A stretch of DNA of 63,623 bases, counting the filler. It is 6 parts of 6 records of this genome, joined end to end, with 100 filler letters (N's around TTAATTAATTAA, not from the genome) between each part and the next. Parts side by side here need not be neighbours in the genome. Positions count along the whole stretch, not along the records: positions 1 to 20,936 come from SRR31147125_2723; 5 more parts are not named here. One strand, given 5' to 3'. A program made the translations under genes and the position numbers. The notes below the pieces were generated by a model that was not told the origin of the DNA, ran no database searches, and saw nothing but the letters and a program-made list of their open reading frames with translations. This document shows positions 1 through 8,686 of the stretch, in pieces. How positions within the stretch are numbered: the first letter of the stretch is position 1; each line of letters opens with the position of its first letter.

Positions 1-651
1 CCACTGTGCAATCAATGCATCACTGATTTGCTTGGCTTGCATATCCCACTTTATTTCAAATGCCTTCAAATAGGTCCCAAGTGTTCCAACTAATTGATCG
101 GCTAAAGTAGGGATCTTAATGGGTGTTTCTTCGATTGCTGTCAATAGAAAGGTCTTTAGCCCATAAGCCATCCTGAATGAGCTAGTAAGGTTGGTTGCTA
201 TGTTTGATGCAACATTTGTTGAGATAATTGCTGGAAGAGTGAGAGGAGATGCCGAATACCATATGTCATCTTTCTCAAAAACACCAGACTGCCAAGCTTC
301 TCTAGCCATCGCTTCAGATCCGGTATGTACGGGGGTCCCCCCACCGCCATATTTATCACAAACATTGGTTTTATTAGCAAGTGTTGAGAATGTCCCTTGA
401 ATTTTTTTAGTAGTTCTAGAGACAACGATATTTGTTTCTTCTGCTGTATATCTTAAGATTTTGTGATAGTAAGTATATGTAGTCCCATTAAGATTGTTAA
501 CTTTATTTACGATATCGTTTTTACAGTTATTGAGGAAAGAGGCTCTTGTATTTGGCATGACGGAGCTTGAATGGTTTTTACAGCTTTGATATAGACTTTC
601 ACAAAACTTTTGTGGTGTATAAGTCGTTGAATGCTTAAAATTTACTGCCAT
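1..651 (-). CDS. Orphan hypothetical protein, 3'-truncated by the window edge (>217 aa; absent from the ORF track)
   Basis: Manual translation: ATG at 651 with a GGAG RBS, open frame to position 1 (MAVNFKHSTTYTPQKFCESLYQSC...QISDALIAQW). No Sec signal; preceded by a sigma28-like promoter. Confidence 0.8.
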   Translation of the reverse strand, partial: MAVNFKHSTTYTPQKFCESLYQSCKNHSSSVMPNTRASFLNNCKNDIVNKVNNLNGTTYTYYHKILRYTAEETNIVVSRTTKKIQGTFSTLANKTNVCDKYGGGGTPVHTGSEAMAREAWQSGVFEKDDIWYSASPLTLPAIISTNVASNIATNLTSSFRMAYGLKTFLLTAIEETPIKIPTLADQLVGTLGTYLKAFEIKWDMQAKQISDALIAQW

Positions 652-686
652 ATAGATCTCCAATAGTGGTTTGAATTGTGAATATA

Positions 687-713
687 TTATCGTGATTTGA
701 TAATAGATGTTGT
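687..713 (-). promoter_or_regulatory. sigma28/FliA-like promoter ACAAC-N14-CACGATAA
   Basis: The same bipartite motif and spacing recur at 11936, 16092, 16268 and 19761; this copy is 35 nt upstream of ATG 651. Confidence 0.65.
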
Positions 714-873
714 GTCTTAATATTTGGAAATATTAGACATTAAAGTGCGCGTACGCATTCAACAAGTAAGTGCATCACTTGTGTAAAATAAAATGCTGTT
801 CTAACTTGTAAGATTTAAACATTATCCGTACAGACGATTTTGGGGCATATAATGGAAATTGCAGCGCAAGAGG

Positions 874-955
874 CATTAATAACAGTATTGCTTTTTTGAC
901 TTATGAGCCGACAACGGAGGATCCATAAGTCAATAAAAAGAAATTGTTATTAATG
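874..955. repeat. Long imperfect inverted repeat (hairpin; REP/MITE-like element or structured RNA)
   Basis: CATTAATAACA...CTTTTTTGACTTATG pairs with CATAAGTCAATAAAAAG...TGTTATTAATG; the loop holds a CCG-ACAA-CGG mini-hairpin. Confidence 0.75.
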
Positions 956-1037
956 GTGAATAGCGGAGATTTTCTGCCCCGTCTGGTAGGATTATGTTTA
1001 AACCTTACAAGTTAGAACTCTCGAAGTGAATGAATAA

Positions 1038-1922
1038 TTAGTTTTTATTAAATTTCTTCATAATCTTGGCTGCTGCTTTCGTTCTTGCTAGACCGCCTCT
1101 TGCGGTTTCTTTGAATTTATCATCCATCTTGTCACCAATCTTCTTCATGGCGATTACAACTTCGTCAAAAGGGACTATTGTTTCAATTCCTGCAAGCGCC
1201 ATCTCTGCAGCTGCCATCGCATTTACTCCCGCTACAACATTGCGTTTAATGCATGGCACTTCAACATATCCGCCAATAGGATCGCAGACGAGGCCTAGAA
1301 GATTCTTAAGAGCAAATGAAGCAGCGCTTTCAATCTTATCAATGTCCATATCAAATAGTGAGACTAGTGCGCCAGCAAGCATTGCTGATGCTGATCCATT
1401 TTCAGCTTGGCAACCATGACGCGCTCCTGCTAGGGAAGCTCCGTTTGCAATAACTTCACCGATTGCTCCTGCTACAAATAGAGCATCAAGTAGTTTATCT
1501 CGTTTAATTTTATTGTATTTTGCAACGGTGATTAAAGTACCAGGTATTGCACCGCAAGCTCCGGCTGTTGGAGCCGTTACAACTCTTCCCATGCACGAAT
1601 TGAGTTCAGAGACCGCCATAATGCTATACAAAATTTCCGAAAACTCTGGACATAAAACGCCATTATCTTTACCCGCATTCTTTCTCAGTTTCCAGGCTCC
1701 AGCGTTTACCATTCCTGTGTTAGATATGTTCTTTTTCTTAAGACCTTTATTTATAGATTCTTCCATCGTACAGAGCATCTCTTCCATCTTTTCAGTAACT
1801 TCTTTAACAGAAATCTTTTTCTGCTGAGCTTCATATTGTTTTAAAAGTTCTGGCAGGGGAAGTTTTGTTTTCTTTCGAACTTTTTTAAGATCATCGAATG
1901 TTTTAAAAATAATTGCTTTCAA
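1038..1922 (-). CDS. sdaAA: L-serine dehydratase, Fe-S-dependent, alpha subunit
   Basis: Motifs VTAPTAGACG, SLAGARHGCQAE, LGLVCDPIGGYVEVPCIKRN and KETARGGLA. Confidence 0.95.
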   Translation of the reverse strand: MKAIIFKTFDDLKKVRKKTKLPLPELLKQYEAQQKKISVKEVTEKMEEMLCTMEESINKGLKKKNISNTGMVNAGAWKLRKNAGKDNGVLCPEFSEILYSIMAVSELNSCMGRVVTAPTAGACGAIPGTLITVAKYNKIKRDKLLDALFVAGAIGEVIANGASLAGARHGCQAENGSASAMLAGALVSLFDMDIDKIESAASFALKNLLGLVCDPIGGYVEVPCIKRNVVAGVNAMAAAEMALAGIETIVPFDEVVIAMKKIGDKMDDKFKETARGGLARTKAAAKIMKKFNKN

Positions 1923-1923
1923 G

Positions 1924-2586
1924 TTATTCCTCCAATTTCTCTATTCGAATAACTTTCTTTACATGTTTATTCTTTTTTAGAGTTTTGATTTCGCCAACAG
2001 GAAATTCACTATCTAGATAGAGTATGGCCAATGCTTCTTCTAGTACTGGATCTCTTCCGATTCTAATAAATGCTATGTTGATATTGAGATCTGCTATGAA
2101 TTTTCCAATATAGGCCATCATTCCAGGGACATCATCATAGGTCATCATTAGAACAGGGTATTTGCCACCAAATTTAACTGGGTAGCCATTAATATCTCTA
2201 ATTTCAACTTCGCCGCCGCCAACAGAAACGCCCATAACTGAAAAAGCTTTTTTACCTTTATAAAATGTTATTTTTGCGGTGTTTGGTTCAAGATCTTCGT
2301 CTTCAAGCCAGTTAAATTTGAACTTGATTTTTCGTCTCTTGGCAATATCAAATGAGTTCATAATATGCTCATCGTCAATTTTATAGCCAAGGATTCCACC
2401 TAAAATAGCGCGGTCTGTTCCGTGACCCTTTCCTGTTTGGGAAAAAGAGTTATATAGGTCAATAGCAACTCTGTCGAAGCTGTTGTTGTATATCTTTTGG
2501 GCAAAATGGCCGATCTTTGCAGCCCCTGCGGTGTGAGAACTTGAAGGGCCTATGATGATCGGACCAATGATATCTAATAATGACAT
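1924..2586 (-). CDS. sdaAB: L-serine dehydratase beta subunit with C-terminal ACT domain
   Basis: IIGPIIIGPSSSHTAGA, TGKGHGTDRA and GVSVGGG; DVPGMMA ACT-like segment; adjacent to sdaAA. Confidence 0.95.
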   Translation of the reverse strand: MSLLDIIGPIIIGPSSSHTAGAAKIGHFAQKIYNNSFDRVAIDLYNSFSQTGKGHGTDRAILGGILGYKIDDEHIMNSFDIAKRRKIKFKFNWLEDEDLEPNTAKITFYKGKKAFSVMGVSVGGGEVEIRDINGYPVKFGGKYPVLMMTYDDVPGMMAYIGKFIADLNINIAFIRIGRDPVLEEALAILYLDSEFPVGEIKTLKKNKHVKKVIRIEKLEE

Positions 2587-2724
2587 TGTTCCCCCGTTTA
2601 GGTGTTTCTCAAATAACTAGATGGGCACAATATATCACTAATTTCTATAATATAAAGTCCTAAAATCTTCGCACAGATAGGTTGAATTGTGATAAAATCC
2701 CTTTTTTCAAAAAAAGGAGTAAAT

Positions 2725-3432
2725 ATGGATGTGATACTTTTCTTGTCGGCACTTTTGGTCTCTTTTATTGTTGAACGTGTGGGTGCCGTGGCTTTTGAAT
2801 TAACGGGTCTTGATTGGCATGTCGCTAAATTTCAGGCTTTGTCATGTTTTACGGGGACTGGATTTACTACAAAAGAAGCCGAAGTGATCAGTTCTCATCC
2901 TCAAAGACGTAGCATTGCAGGCATTTTGATGATTCTGGGTCACGCTGGGTTAGTCACTATGGTTGCTACTTTTGCAAATACTCTAAGATCCAGTAGTGTT
3001 ATGCCAAAAATATTTGATTTTATCCCTGGTCACTTTGTTCCTTGGATAAATGTTTTAATAATAGTTGTCGTTATTTTCATCGGTATCAAAATCTTCAATA
3101 AGACAAAGCTTGCCACTTCAATGACAGAGTTCATTAAGCGACATATAATAAAGAAGAATCTGATAAAGCCAGTATCCTTTGAAGAGCTAATGTTTGCAGG
3201 GGATGGTTATGGTTTATGTCAAATTGAGATATGGCAGGATAGTCCTGTGTTGGATCAGCATATAGGCGACTTGGCTAAAAAGTATGATGAGATAAAGATC
3301 TTGATGGTCGGGAAAAAGGGGAGAAAGATGAAGCTCCCAAGCCCAGATACCAAGATTCAGGTTGGTGACAAGCTCTTATGTTTTGGAAAGATAGATCATG
3401 TCAAAAAGAAGTTGAATGTGGAGGGTATTTAA
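2725..3432 (+). CDS. Membrane protein with K+ channel-like pore segment and C-terminal TrkA-C (RCK_C) domain
   Basis: LTGLDWHVAKFQALSCFTGTGFTTKEAE and C-terminal PSPDTKIQVGDKLLCFG; AGGAG RBS before ATG 2725. Confidence 0.8.
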   Translation: MDVILFLSALLVSFIVERVGAVAFELTGLDWHVAKFQALSCFTGTGFTTKEAEVISSHPQRRSIAGILMILGHAGLVTMVATFANTLRSSSVMPKIFDFIPGHFVPWINVLIIVVVIFIGIKIFNKTKLATSMTEFIKRHIIKKNLIKPVSFEELMFAGDGYGLCQIEIWQDSPVLDQHIGDLAKKYDEIKILMVGKKGRKMKLPSPDTKIQVGDKLLCFGKIDHVKKKLNVEGI

Positions 3433-3482
3433 GTTGAATTAATACCAAATTTCATATATTTAATCGTTAAAAAGGGGGAGAT

Positions 3483-3848
3483 ATGGTCTTAACAGTAAAG
3501 GTTTTAGGAATCCTAATAATAGCTCTAGCAGTGATCTTAGTTGCATATCCAGATGCTATGAAGAAGATGTTAAATGCGTGTATGAATGCGACCTGTATCT
3601 ATGCAGCGGCAATTGTCAGGTTGATTATTGGAGCGTTTTTGCTGGTTGCTGCCGCTGAGTGTCATCATGTCTGGTTGATGATTGTTTTGGGTGTATTACT
3701 TCTGGCAACAGGCGTCTTGGCTTTTCTCTTAGGTGTCGAGAGAGTTAAAAAGGTTATTGGTACAATACTCGAAAAACAACCTATAGTTCATAGATTAATA
3801 GCTATTGTTCCTTTAATTGTTGGCGTGCTCCTTGTTTATGGCGCATAA
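3483..3848 (+). CDS. Small 4-TM membrane protein of unknown function
   Basis: GGGGAG RBS and four hydrophobic segments. Confidence 0.75.
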   Translation: MVLTVKVLGILIIALAVILVAYPDAMKKMLNACMNATCIYAAAIVRLIIGAFLLVAAAECHHVWLMIVLGVLLLATGVLAFLLGVERVKKVIGTILEKQPIVHRLIAIVPLIVGVLLVYGA

Positions 3849-3864
3849 AGAGGTCTCGTAATTC

Positions 3865-4887
3865 ATGAAATCTAGCCGAAGACACTTTCTATTTCATAAA
3901 GTCCCATTAATTATTCTATCAACCATTATTGTCTTAATATTGGCCATTATAGACGATGCAACTGGCCATGAAATTAGGGTCTCTCTTTTTTATCTAATTC
4001 CAATCATGCTGGTTGCATTTTTTGTGAGCCGATCTGTCGGTGTCTATCTATCTGTTTTGAGTGCTGCTGCGTGGTTTATGGTCGATCTAAGAATGGAGTT
4101 TGTTCAATATACACCAGTAGTTCATGTATGGAACACAATTGTCAGGCTGAGTTTCTTTGTTTTTATAACTTACGGAATATCGCTTCTTGTGACTGCCAAG
4201 AGGAAGCAGAGAGAGCTTTCAGATTTTATTATTCATGATTTAAAAACTCCACTTACAAATATGATGGTTGGTATGCAGGCCGTTAGCGACATTGTGAAAG
4301 ATACAAATAAGAGGGCTCTAAATTTATCGGAGATGACAGTTGCCTCCGGTAATAGAATGATTGGTATGATTCAATCTCTTACTGATCTGTCAAAAATGGA
4401 GAGTGGAAAGTACTCCATAAAGACTGAGGATGTTTCAGTTGGTGAGCTTGTTGATAGTTCTATCGATTCTGTTTCTCTCTGGGCTGAAAAGACTGAGATC
4501 AATATCAAGACAGAAATTGACGATAGTGAACTTCTCCTAAAAACGGATAAGATGCTTGTTTACCGGATTCTTACAAATCTCTTAAGTAATGCTCTCAAAG
4601 TTTCATCATCAGGGTCTTGGATCAAGTTAGTTGCAAATAAAAAGAGTGATCATTTAGTATCTTTTTGTGTGATTGATAATGGTCCAGGGATAGAAGAAAA
4701 ATGGCAGCATTCTGTGTTTGATAAATTTCATCAGCTTGAAGCTAGAAAGGGTGGCGTTGCTTTAGGGAGTGGCCTTGGACTTACTTTTTGTAAGTTAGGG
4801 GCAAAGGCTCTTGGTGGTGACATTTCTTTAGAAAGTGTTGTCGGAAAAGGGACAAATGTAAAAATGGAAATTCCGATTAAGTCATAG
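3865..4887 (+). CDS. Membrane-bound sensor histidine kinase (4-TM input, HisKA, HATPase)
   Basis: H-box IHDLKTPLT, N-box NLLSNALK, G1 DNGPGI and G2 GSGLGL. Confidence 0.92.
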   Translation: MKSSRRHFLFHKVPLIILSTIIVLILAIIDDATGHEIRVSLFYLIPIMLVAFFVSRSVGVYLSVLSAAAWFMVDLRMEFVQYTPVVHVWNTIVRLSFFVFITYGISLLVTAKRKQRELSDFIIHDLKTPLTNMMVGMQAVSDIVKDTNKRALNLSEMTVASGNRMIGMIQSLTDLSKMESGKYSIKTEDVSVGELVDSSIDSVSLWAEKTEINIKTEIDDSELLLKTDKMLVYRILTNLLSNALKVSSSGSWIKLVANKKSDHLVSFCVIDNGPGIEEKWQHSVFDKFHQLEARKGGVALGSGLGLTFCKLGAKALGGDISLESVVGKGTNVKMEIPIKS

Positions 4888-4896
4888 GGAATTATT

Positions 4897-6846
4897 ATGC
4901 CTGACAAAGGTGATAAAACTATAAATTCTAGTCAAACAGATTCTACTTCAGAGGATAAGATTGATGAATCCTCTGTCTTCATGTCTAGATATCAAATCAA
5001 TTCAATGGTTGGTCACGGTGGAGTGGGAAGAGTCTTTCTTGCCTTCGATAAAAATGTTGAGCGCAATGTTGCTGTTAAAGAGTTAGCCATTGATAAGGAA
5101 CACCCCAGACATAATGTAGCTTTAGCAAGATTGATCAAGGAAGCTAAAATTACTGGGAATCTCGAACACCCCAGTGTTGTACCAGTCTATGATCTTGGAG
5201 TTAAGGACGACGGTTCAACATTTTATGTTATGAAGTATGTTAAAGGTCTTACTCTCTTTGAAGTATTGCAAAAATGTCTTCTTGAAGATGAAATTGAAGC
5301 TTTTAATAAACGAATGAAGTTGTTGGATAACTTGATTGATGTTTGTGAGGCTATGTCTTATGCGCATTCAAAACATATAGTTCATCGTGATTTAAAGCCG
5401 GGTAATATTATTGTTGGTGAGTTTGGTGAAACTATTATTTTAGATTGGGGCATTGCTAAGAGAATCTCCGGAAAAGATGAAGAGTATGTCGATGTGCCGG
5501 GAGAGCCTGAAATTTCTCAGGAAGAAGGTTTTACTGAGACCGGAAAGCTTTTAGGGACACCTTCTTACATGCCTCCAGAGCAAGCAGATGATAGTTGGGG
5601 GACGATAGATCAGAGAAGTGATGTCTATTCCCTGGGCGTTGTTTTATTTATGATTCTTACCGGTGAGAAACCTTATGACAGATCAGCAGGACCTGTCTTA
5701 GAACAAGTTACTAGTGAAGAGCCTTCCCCATCACCTAAAGATAGATCTGGCCTTGTGCCGCCAGAACTTTCGGCAATTTGTGAAAAGGCAATGGCTAAGT
5801 CAAAGGATGATAGATTCAATAATGCTGGAGAATTGGCCGCTGAATTGAAAGCCTATCGCGATGGTCGGCTTGTTAGTGTCTATGGTTATTCAAAAAAAGA
5901 ACTCTTTAAAAGATTTGTTTCAAGAAACAAGCCTGCGATATTTGCAGTTTTTGCTGTTATTGTAGCTATTATTATTGGGGCGGGATTGGCGGTTGATTTT
6001 GGGCTGGAAACACGTAAAGCGAGACGAAAAGCTGAAAATGCTTTGGTTGATGTGACTGCACTTTCGCAAGGGGGAATAGAGTACTCTCTTAAAGCAAGAA
6101 GCGAAATTGAATCTTATTTTGGATTTTTGCAAGATGAAATGAGTAAGGCGGCAAAAGGTTTGAGTAAGGTAAGTTTTAAGAATCAGAAGATAATTCAAGA
6201 TTACTTAAAGAAACTCTACTCACAATTTCCAAATGTTCTAGCTTTTCAACTTGTTGAAAAACCAGGAAAGATAGTCTCTGTATATCCGGATTCTTCTATA
6301 GATGGTGTTGGTCTGGATATTTCTAATCAAACTCATGTTCAGGCTTTGTTTAAGGGAGAGCCGTACTACATCTCAAAAGTGTTTGAAACGGTTCAAGGAT
6401 TTCATGCAGTTGTTATGCAATATCCAGTCGTACGTGGCAAAAAGATTGTGGGTTCAGTCTCAGCGCTCATGAATATTGGTAAAATGATGTCTTCGATTTT
6501 GTCAGTTAATCCAGAAGAGACCGATTATAGAATTTGGATTATGCAAGATGATGGCTATATTCTCTACAGTGAGAATGAAAATAGAATTGGCGATCAGTTG
6601 TTTAGCGGGGAGATCAATGAACAATTTCCTGAGATACTAAAGTTTGGTAAAAGAATGCAGAGAGACGAGTGGGGCGTGGGAAGTTATTCTTTTGAAGATG
6701 AAGAGAATTATGACACGATCTATAAAGTAGCTGTTTGGGATACAATCGAAGCAATAAATAAAGTTGCTTGGAAAATTGTAGTAACACACACATACATGAT
6801 AGATAAGAAACGACACGTTTTGGAGGCAATATGGCCAGAAGAATAG
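4897..6846 (+). CDS. Hanks-type Ser/Thr protein kinase with TM helix and extracytoplasmic dCache-like domain
   Basis: GHGGVG, VAVK, HRDLKPGN, DWG and GTPSYMPPEQ; one TM helix; then Cache-like YYISKVFETVQG, IWIMQDDGYILY and WKIVV. Confidence 0.9.
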   Translation: MPDKGDKTINSSQTDSTSEDKIDESSVFMSRYQINSMVGHGGVGRVFLAFDKNVERNVAVKELAIDKEHPRHNVALARLIKEAKITGNLEHPSVVPVYDLGVKDDGSTFYVMKYVKGLTLFEVLQKCLLEDEIEAFNKRMKLLDNLIDVCEAMSYAHSKHIVHRDLKPGNIIVGEFGETIILDWGIAKRISGKDEEYVDVPGEPEISQEEGFTETGKLLGTPSYMPPEQADDSWGTIDQRSDVYSLGVVLFMILTGEKPYDRSAGPVLEQVTSEEPSPSPKDRSGLVPPELSAICEKAMAKSKDDRFNNAGELAAELKAYRDGRLVSVYGYSKKELFKRFVSRNKPAIFAVFAVIVAIIIGAGLAVDFGLETRKARRKAENALVDVTALSQGGIEYSLKARSEIESYFGFLQDEMSKAAKGLSKVSFKNQKIIQDYLKKLYSQFPNVLAFQLVEKPGKIVSVYPDSSIDGVGLDISNQTHVQALFKGEPYYISKVFETVQGFHAVVMQYPVVRGKKIVGSVSALMNIGKMMSSILSVNPEETDYRIWIMQDDGYILYSENENRIGDQLFSGEINEQFPEILKFGKRMQRDEWGVGSYSFEDEENYDTIYKVAVWDTIEAINKVAWKIVVTHTYMIDKKRHVLEAIWPEE

Positions 6847-7262
6847 GGTTTGTATCAATTTTTGTTATTGTTTTAACTTTGTTTGTTATATCGGCATGTA
6901 CTTCTTACGCGAAGCCAAAGGCAAAAAAAGATTATTGTAAGGTTGTTGCTTATGCTGGTGGGGTTTTTAAGGAAGATTTGGCAATGATTACAGAGGTAGA
7001 CTCTACACCAGAAGTCAGCAAACAGTGCCTTGATTTTGCAAATAGGTTAGATGTAAAAAATAGTGTTTGTAATTTTCAAGGCAATGGAACGATTGAGATG
7101 ATTCAAATTCGCAGTTATAGACCAGGTTCTCAAGAGGTAAAATCTCACTGTCACTATCAATGTCTAGGTTTTACAAATTCATCATGTGAGTCAAATTGTA
7201 ATGCCAGAAATGTTAGGATTCCAACAAAAATAGGCCAGATGGACTGCCCTCAGAATAACTAA
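6831..7262 (+). CDS. Cys-rich lipoprotein
   Basis: Signal peptide with lipobox ISAC and 8 further Cys; GGAGG RBS; overlaps the end of the kinase gene. Confidence 0.75.
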   Translation: MARRIGFVSIFVIVLTLFVISACTSYAKPKAKKDYCKVVAYAGGVFKEDLAMITEVDSTPEVSKQCLDFANRLDVKNSVCNFQGNGTIEMIQIRSYRPGSQEVKSHCHYQCLGFTNSSCESNCNARNVRIPTKIGQMDCPQNN

Positions 7263-7316
7263 TTGTTCTGAAAATAGCCCTCTAATGTGTGTGTAATAGC
7301 AAAATAGTGTTTGTAA

Positions 7317-8672
7317 TTAAGCCTTTTTAGCTAGGCCATATTTGTTTATCTTGTATTGAAGCGAAGTTCTTTTGATATCAAGCTCTCTAGCAGCTTTTGA
7401 CTGATTCCAGTTTGCTTCTTCCAAGGCCTGTCTGATGATTTCAGCTTCAATTGCGTCTATTTGAGCGCTTAAACCTTTTACATTATGCATAATCTCTTTG
7501 CTAAATGCAGGAATTCTATTTCCCAGTGAATAAGAGAAGTGTTTCGATTCAAGTTTGTCGTCCTCAGCCATAATTATTGCTTGGACAACCGAATTTTCTA
7601 GTTCTCTCACGTTGCCTGGCCAGTTGTATGATTTGAGTATTCCAATGACTTCTGGTGTGATAGAAACTTTTTTATGAAATTCAGGCGAGTGTTTTTTTAT
7701 CAATTCATCAACAAGGTCTGGCATGTCTTCTGTTCGTTCTCTGAGCGGTGGTGTGTTGATGGTAAAGCTCTTAAGGCGATATAAAAGATCTTCGTTGAAA
7801 GAGTGTTTCATTAGAGAGGATGTGTCTTTATTGGTTGCAGCAATCAATCGGACGTTTTTTTGAATTTTATGTGATCCTCGTAGCCTTTGGAAATCCTTTT
7901 CCTGTAAGAATCTCAGAAGTTTTAGCTGAACGTTGGGGTCTAGGTCTGCTATTTCATCTAAAAAAAGAGTTCCGCTATTTGCTAAATCTATTTTACCTTG
8001 TCTTGTTGTTAGTGAGCCATTTTGAGATTCACTTTCTGATCCGAATAGAATTTCCTCAAGACTATCTCCTGATAATGCTATGCAATTTACGCTCACAAAA
8101 GGCTCTTCTTTTCTGGGCCCTCTATTATGTATCTCACGCGCTATATGTTCCTTGCCCGTTCCACTTTCTCCAGTGATTAGAACAGGAAAGTGAGTCTCTG
8201 CAACCTTGTCTATTAGCTTATCAACATCCTTCATTGTCGAGCTTTTTGTGATAATTGGTCCAAATTTAGTTTGTAGAGTCTCTTTCAAAAGCTGATTTTC
8301 AAGGTTTAGTCTCTGTTTTTCAATAGCCTTGTTGATCTTGATTTCAATTTCATCAATTGAGAAAGGCTTTAAAATATAATCAAAAGCCCCATGGTGAAGA
8401 GCTTCAACGGCATTTTCCACTGTTCCATAAGCTGTAATCATAATGATGTAGGTCAGTGGGGAGATAGCTTTGACCTGTCTTAAGACTTCCATTCCATCAG
8501 CCTTAGGGAGCCTTAAGTCAGATAATACGATATCAAAATAGTCATTTTCAATTTTATTAATTGCGCTTTCGCCGTCATATGCGCATTCGACATTGAAATT
8601 TCTTTTAGTTAGTGTGCGAGTCAAAGATGAACATAGTTCTTGGTTATCGTCTGCAATTAGTATTTTAACCAC
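7317..8672 (-). CDS. NtrC-family response regulator (REC-AAA+-Fis HTH) lacking GAFTGA
   Basis: REC with phospho-Asp (VLSDLRLP), GESGTGKE, LFLDE, WPGNVREL and NQSKAARELDI; the GAFTGA position reads ESQNGS. Confidence 0.92.
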   Translation of the reverse strand: MVKILIADDNQELCSSLTRTLTKRNFNVECAYDGESAINKIENDYFDIVLSDLRLPKADGMEVLRQVKAISPLTYIIMITAYGTVENAVEALHHGAFDYILKPFSIDEIEIKINKAIEKQRLNLENQLLKETLQTKFGPIITKSSTMKDVDKLIDKVAETHFPVLITGESGTGKEHIAREIHNRGPRKEEPFVSVNCIALSGDSLEEILFGSESESQNGSLTTRQGKIDLANSGTLFLDEIADLDPNVQLKLLRFLQEKDFQRLRGSHKIQKNVRLIAATNKDTSSLMKHSFNEDLLYRLKSFTINTPPLRERTEDMPDLVDELIKKHSPEFHKKVSITPEVIGILKSYNWPGNVRELENSVVQAIIMAEDDKLESKHFSYSLGNRIPAFSKEIMHNVKGLSAQIDAIEAEIIRQALEEANWNQSKAARELDIKRTSLQYKINKYGLAKKA

Positions 8673-8686
8673 GTTGCCCCCGAATT

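Noticed and set aside
191-425. Short ORFs 191-400 (+) and 198-425 (-)
   Set aside because: Both lie inside the longer minus-strand frame 1-651, which has an RBS and a promoter.
874-955. Hairpin as a retron msd
   Set aside because: No reverse transcriptase is recognisable nearby and no a1/a2 plus msr arrangement was identified.
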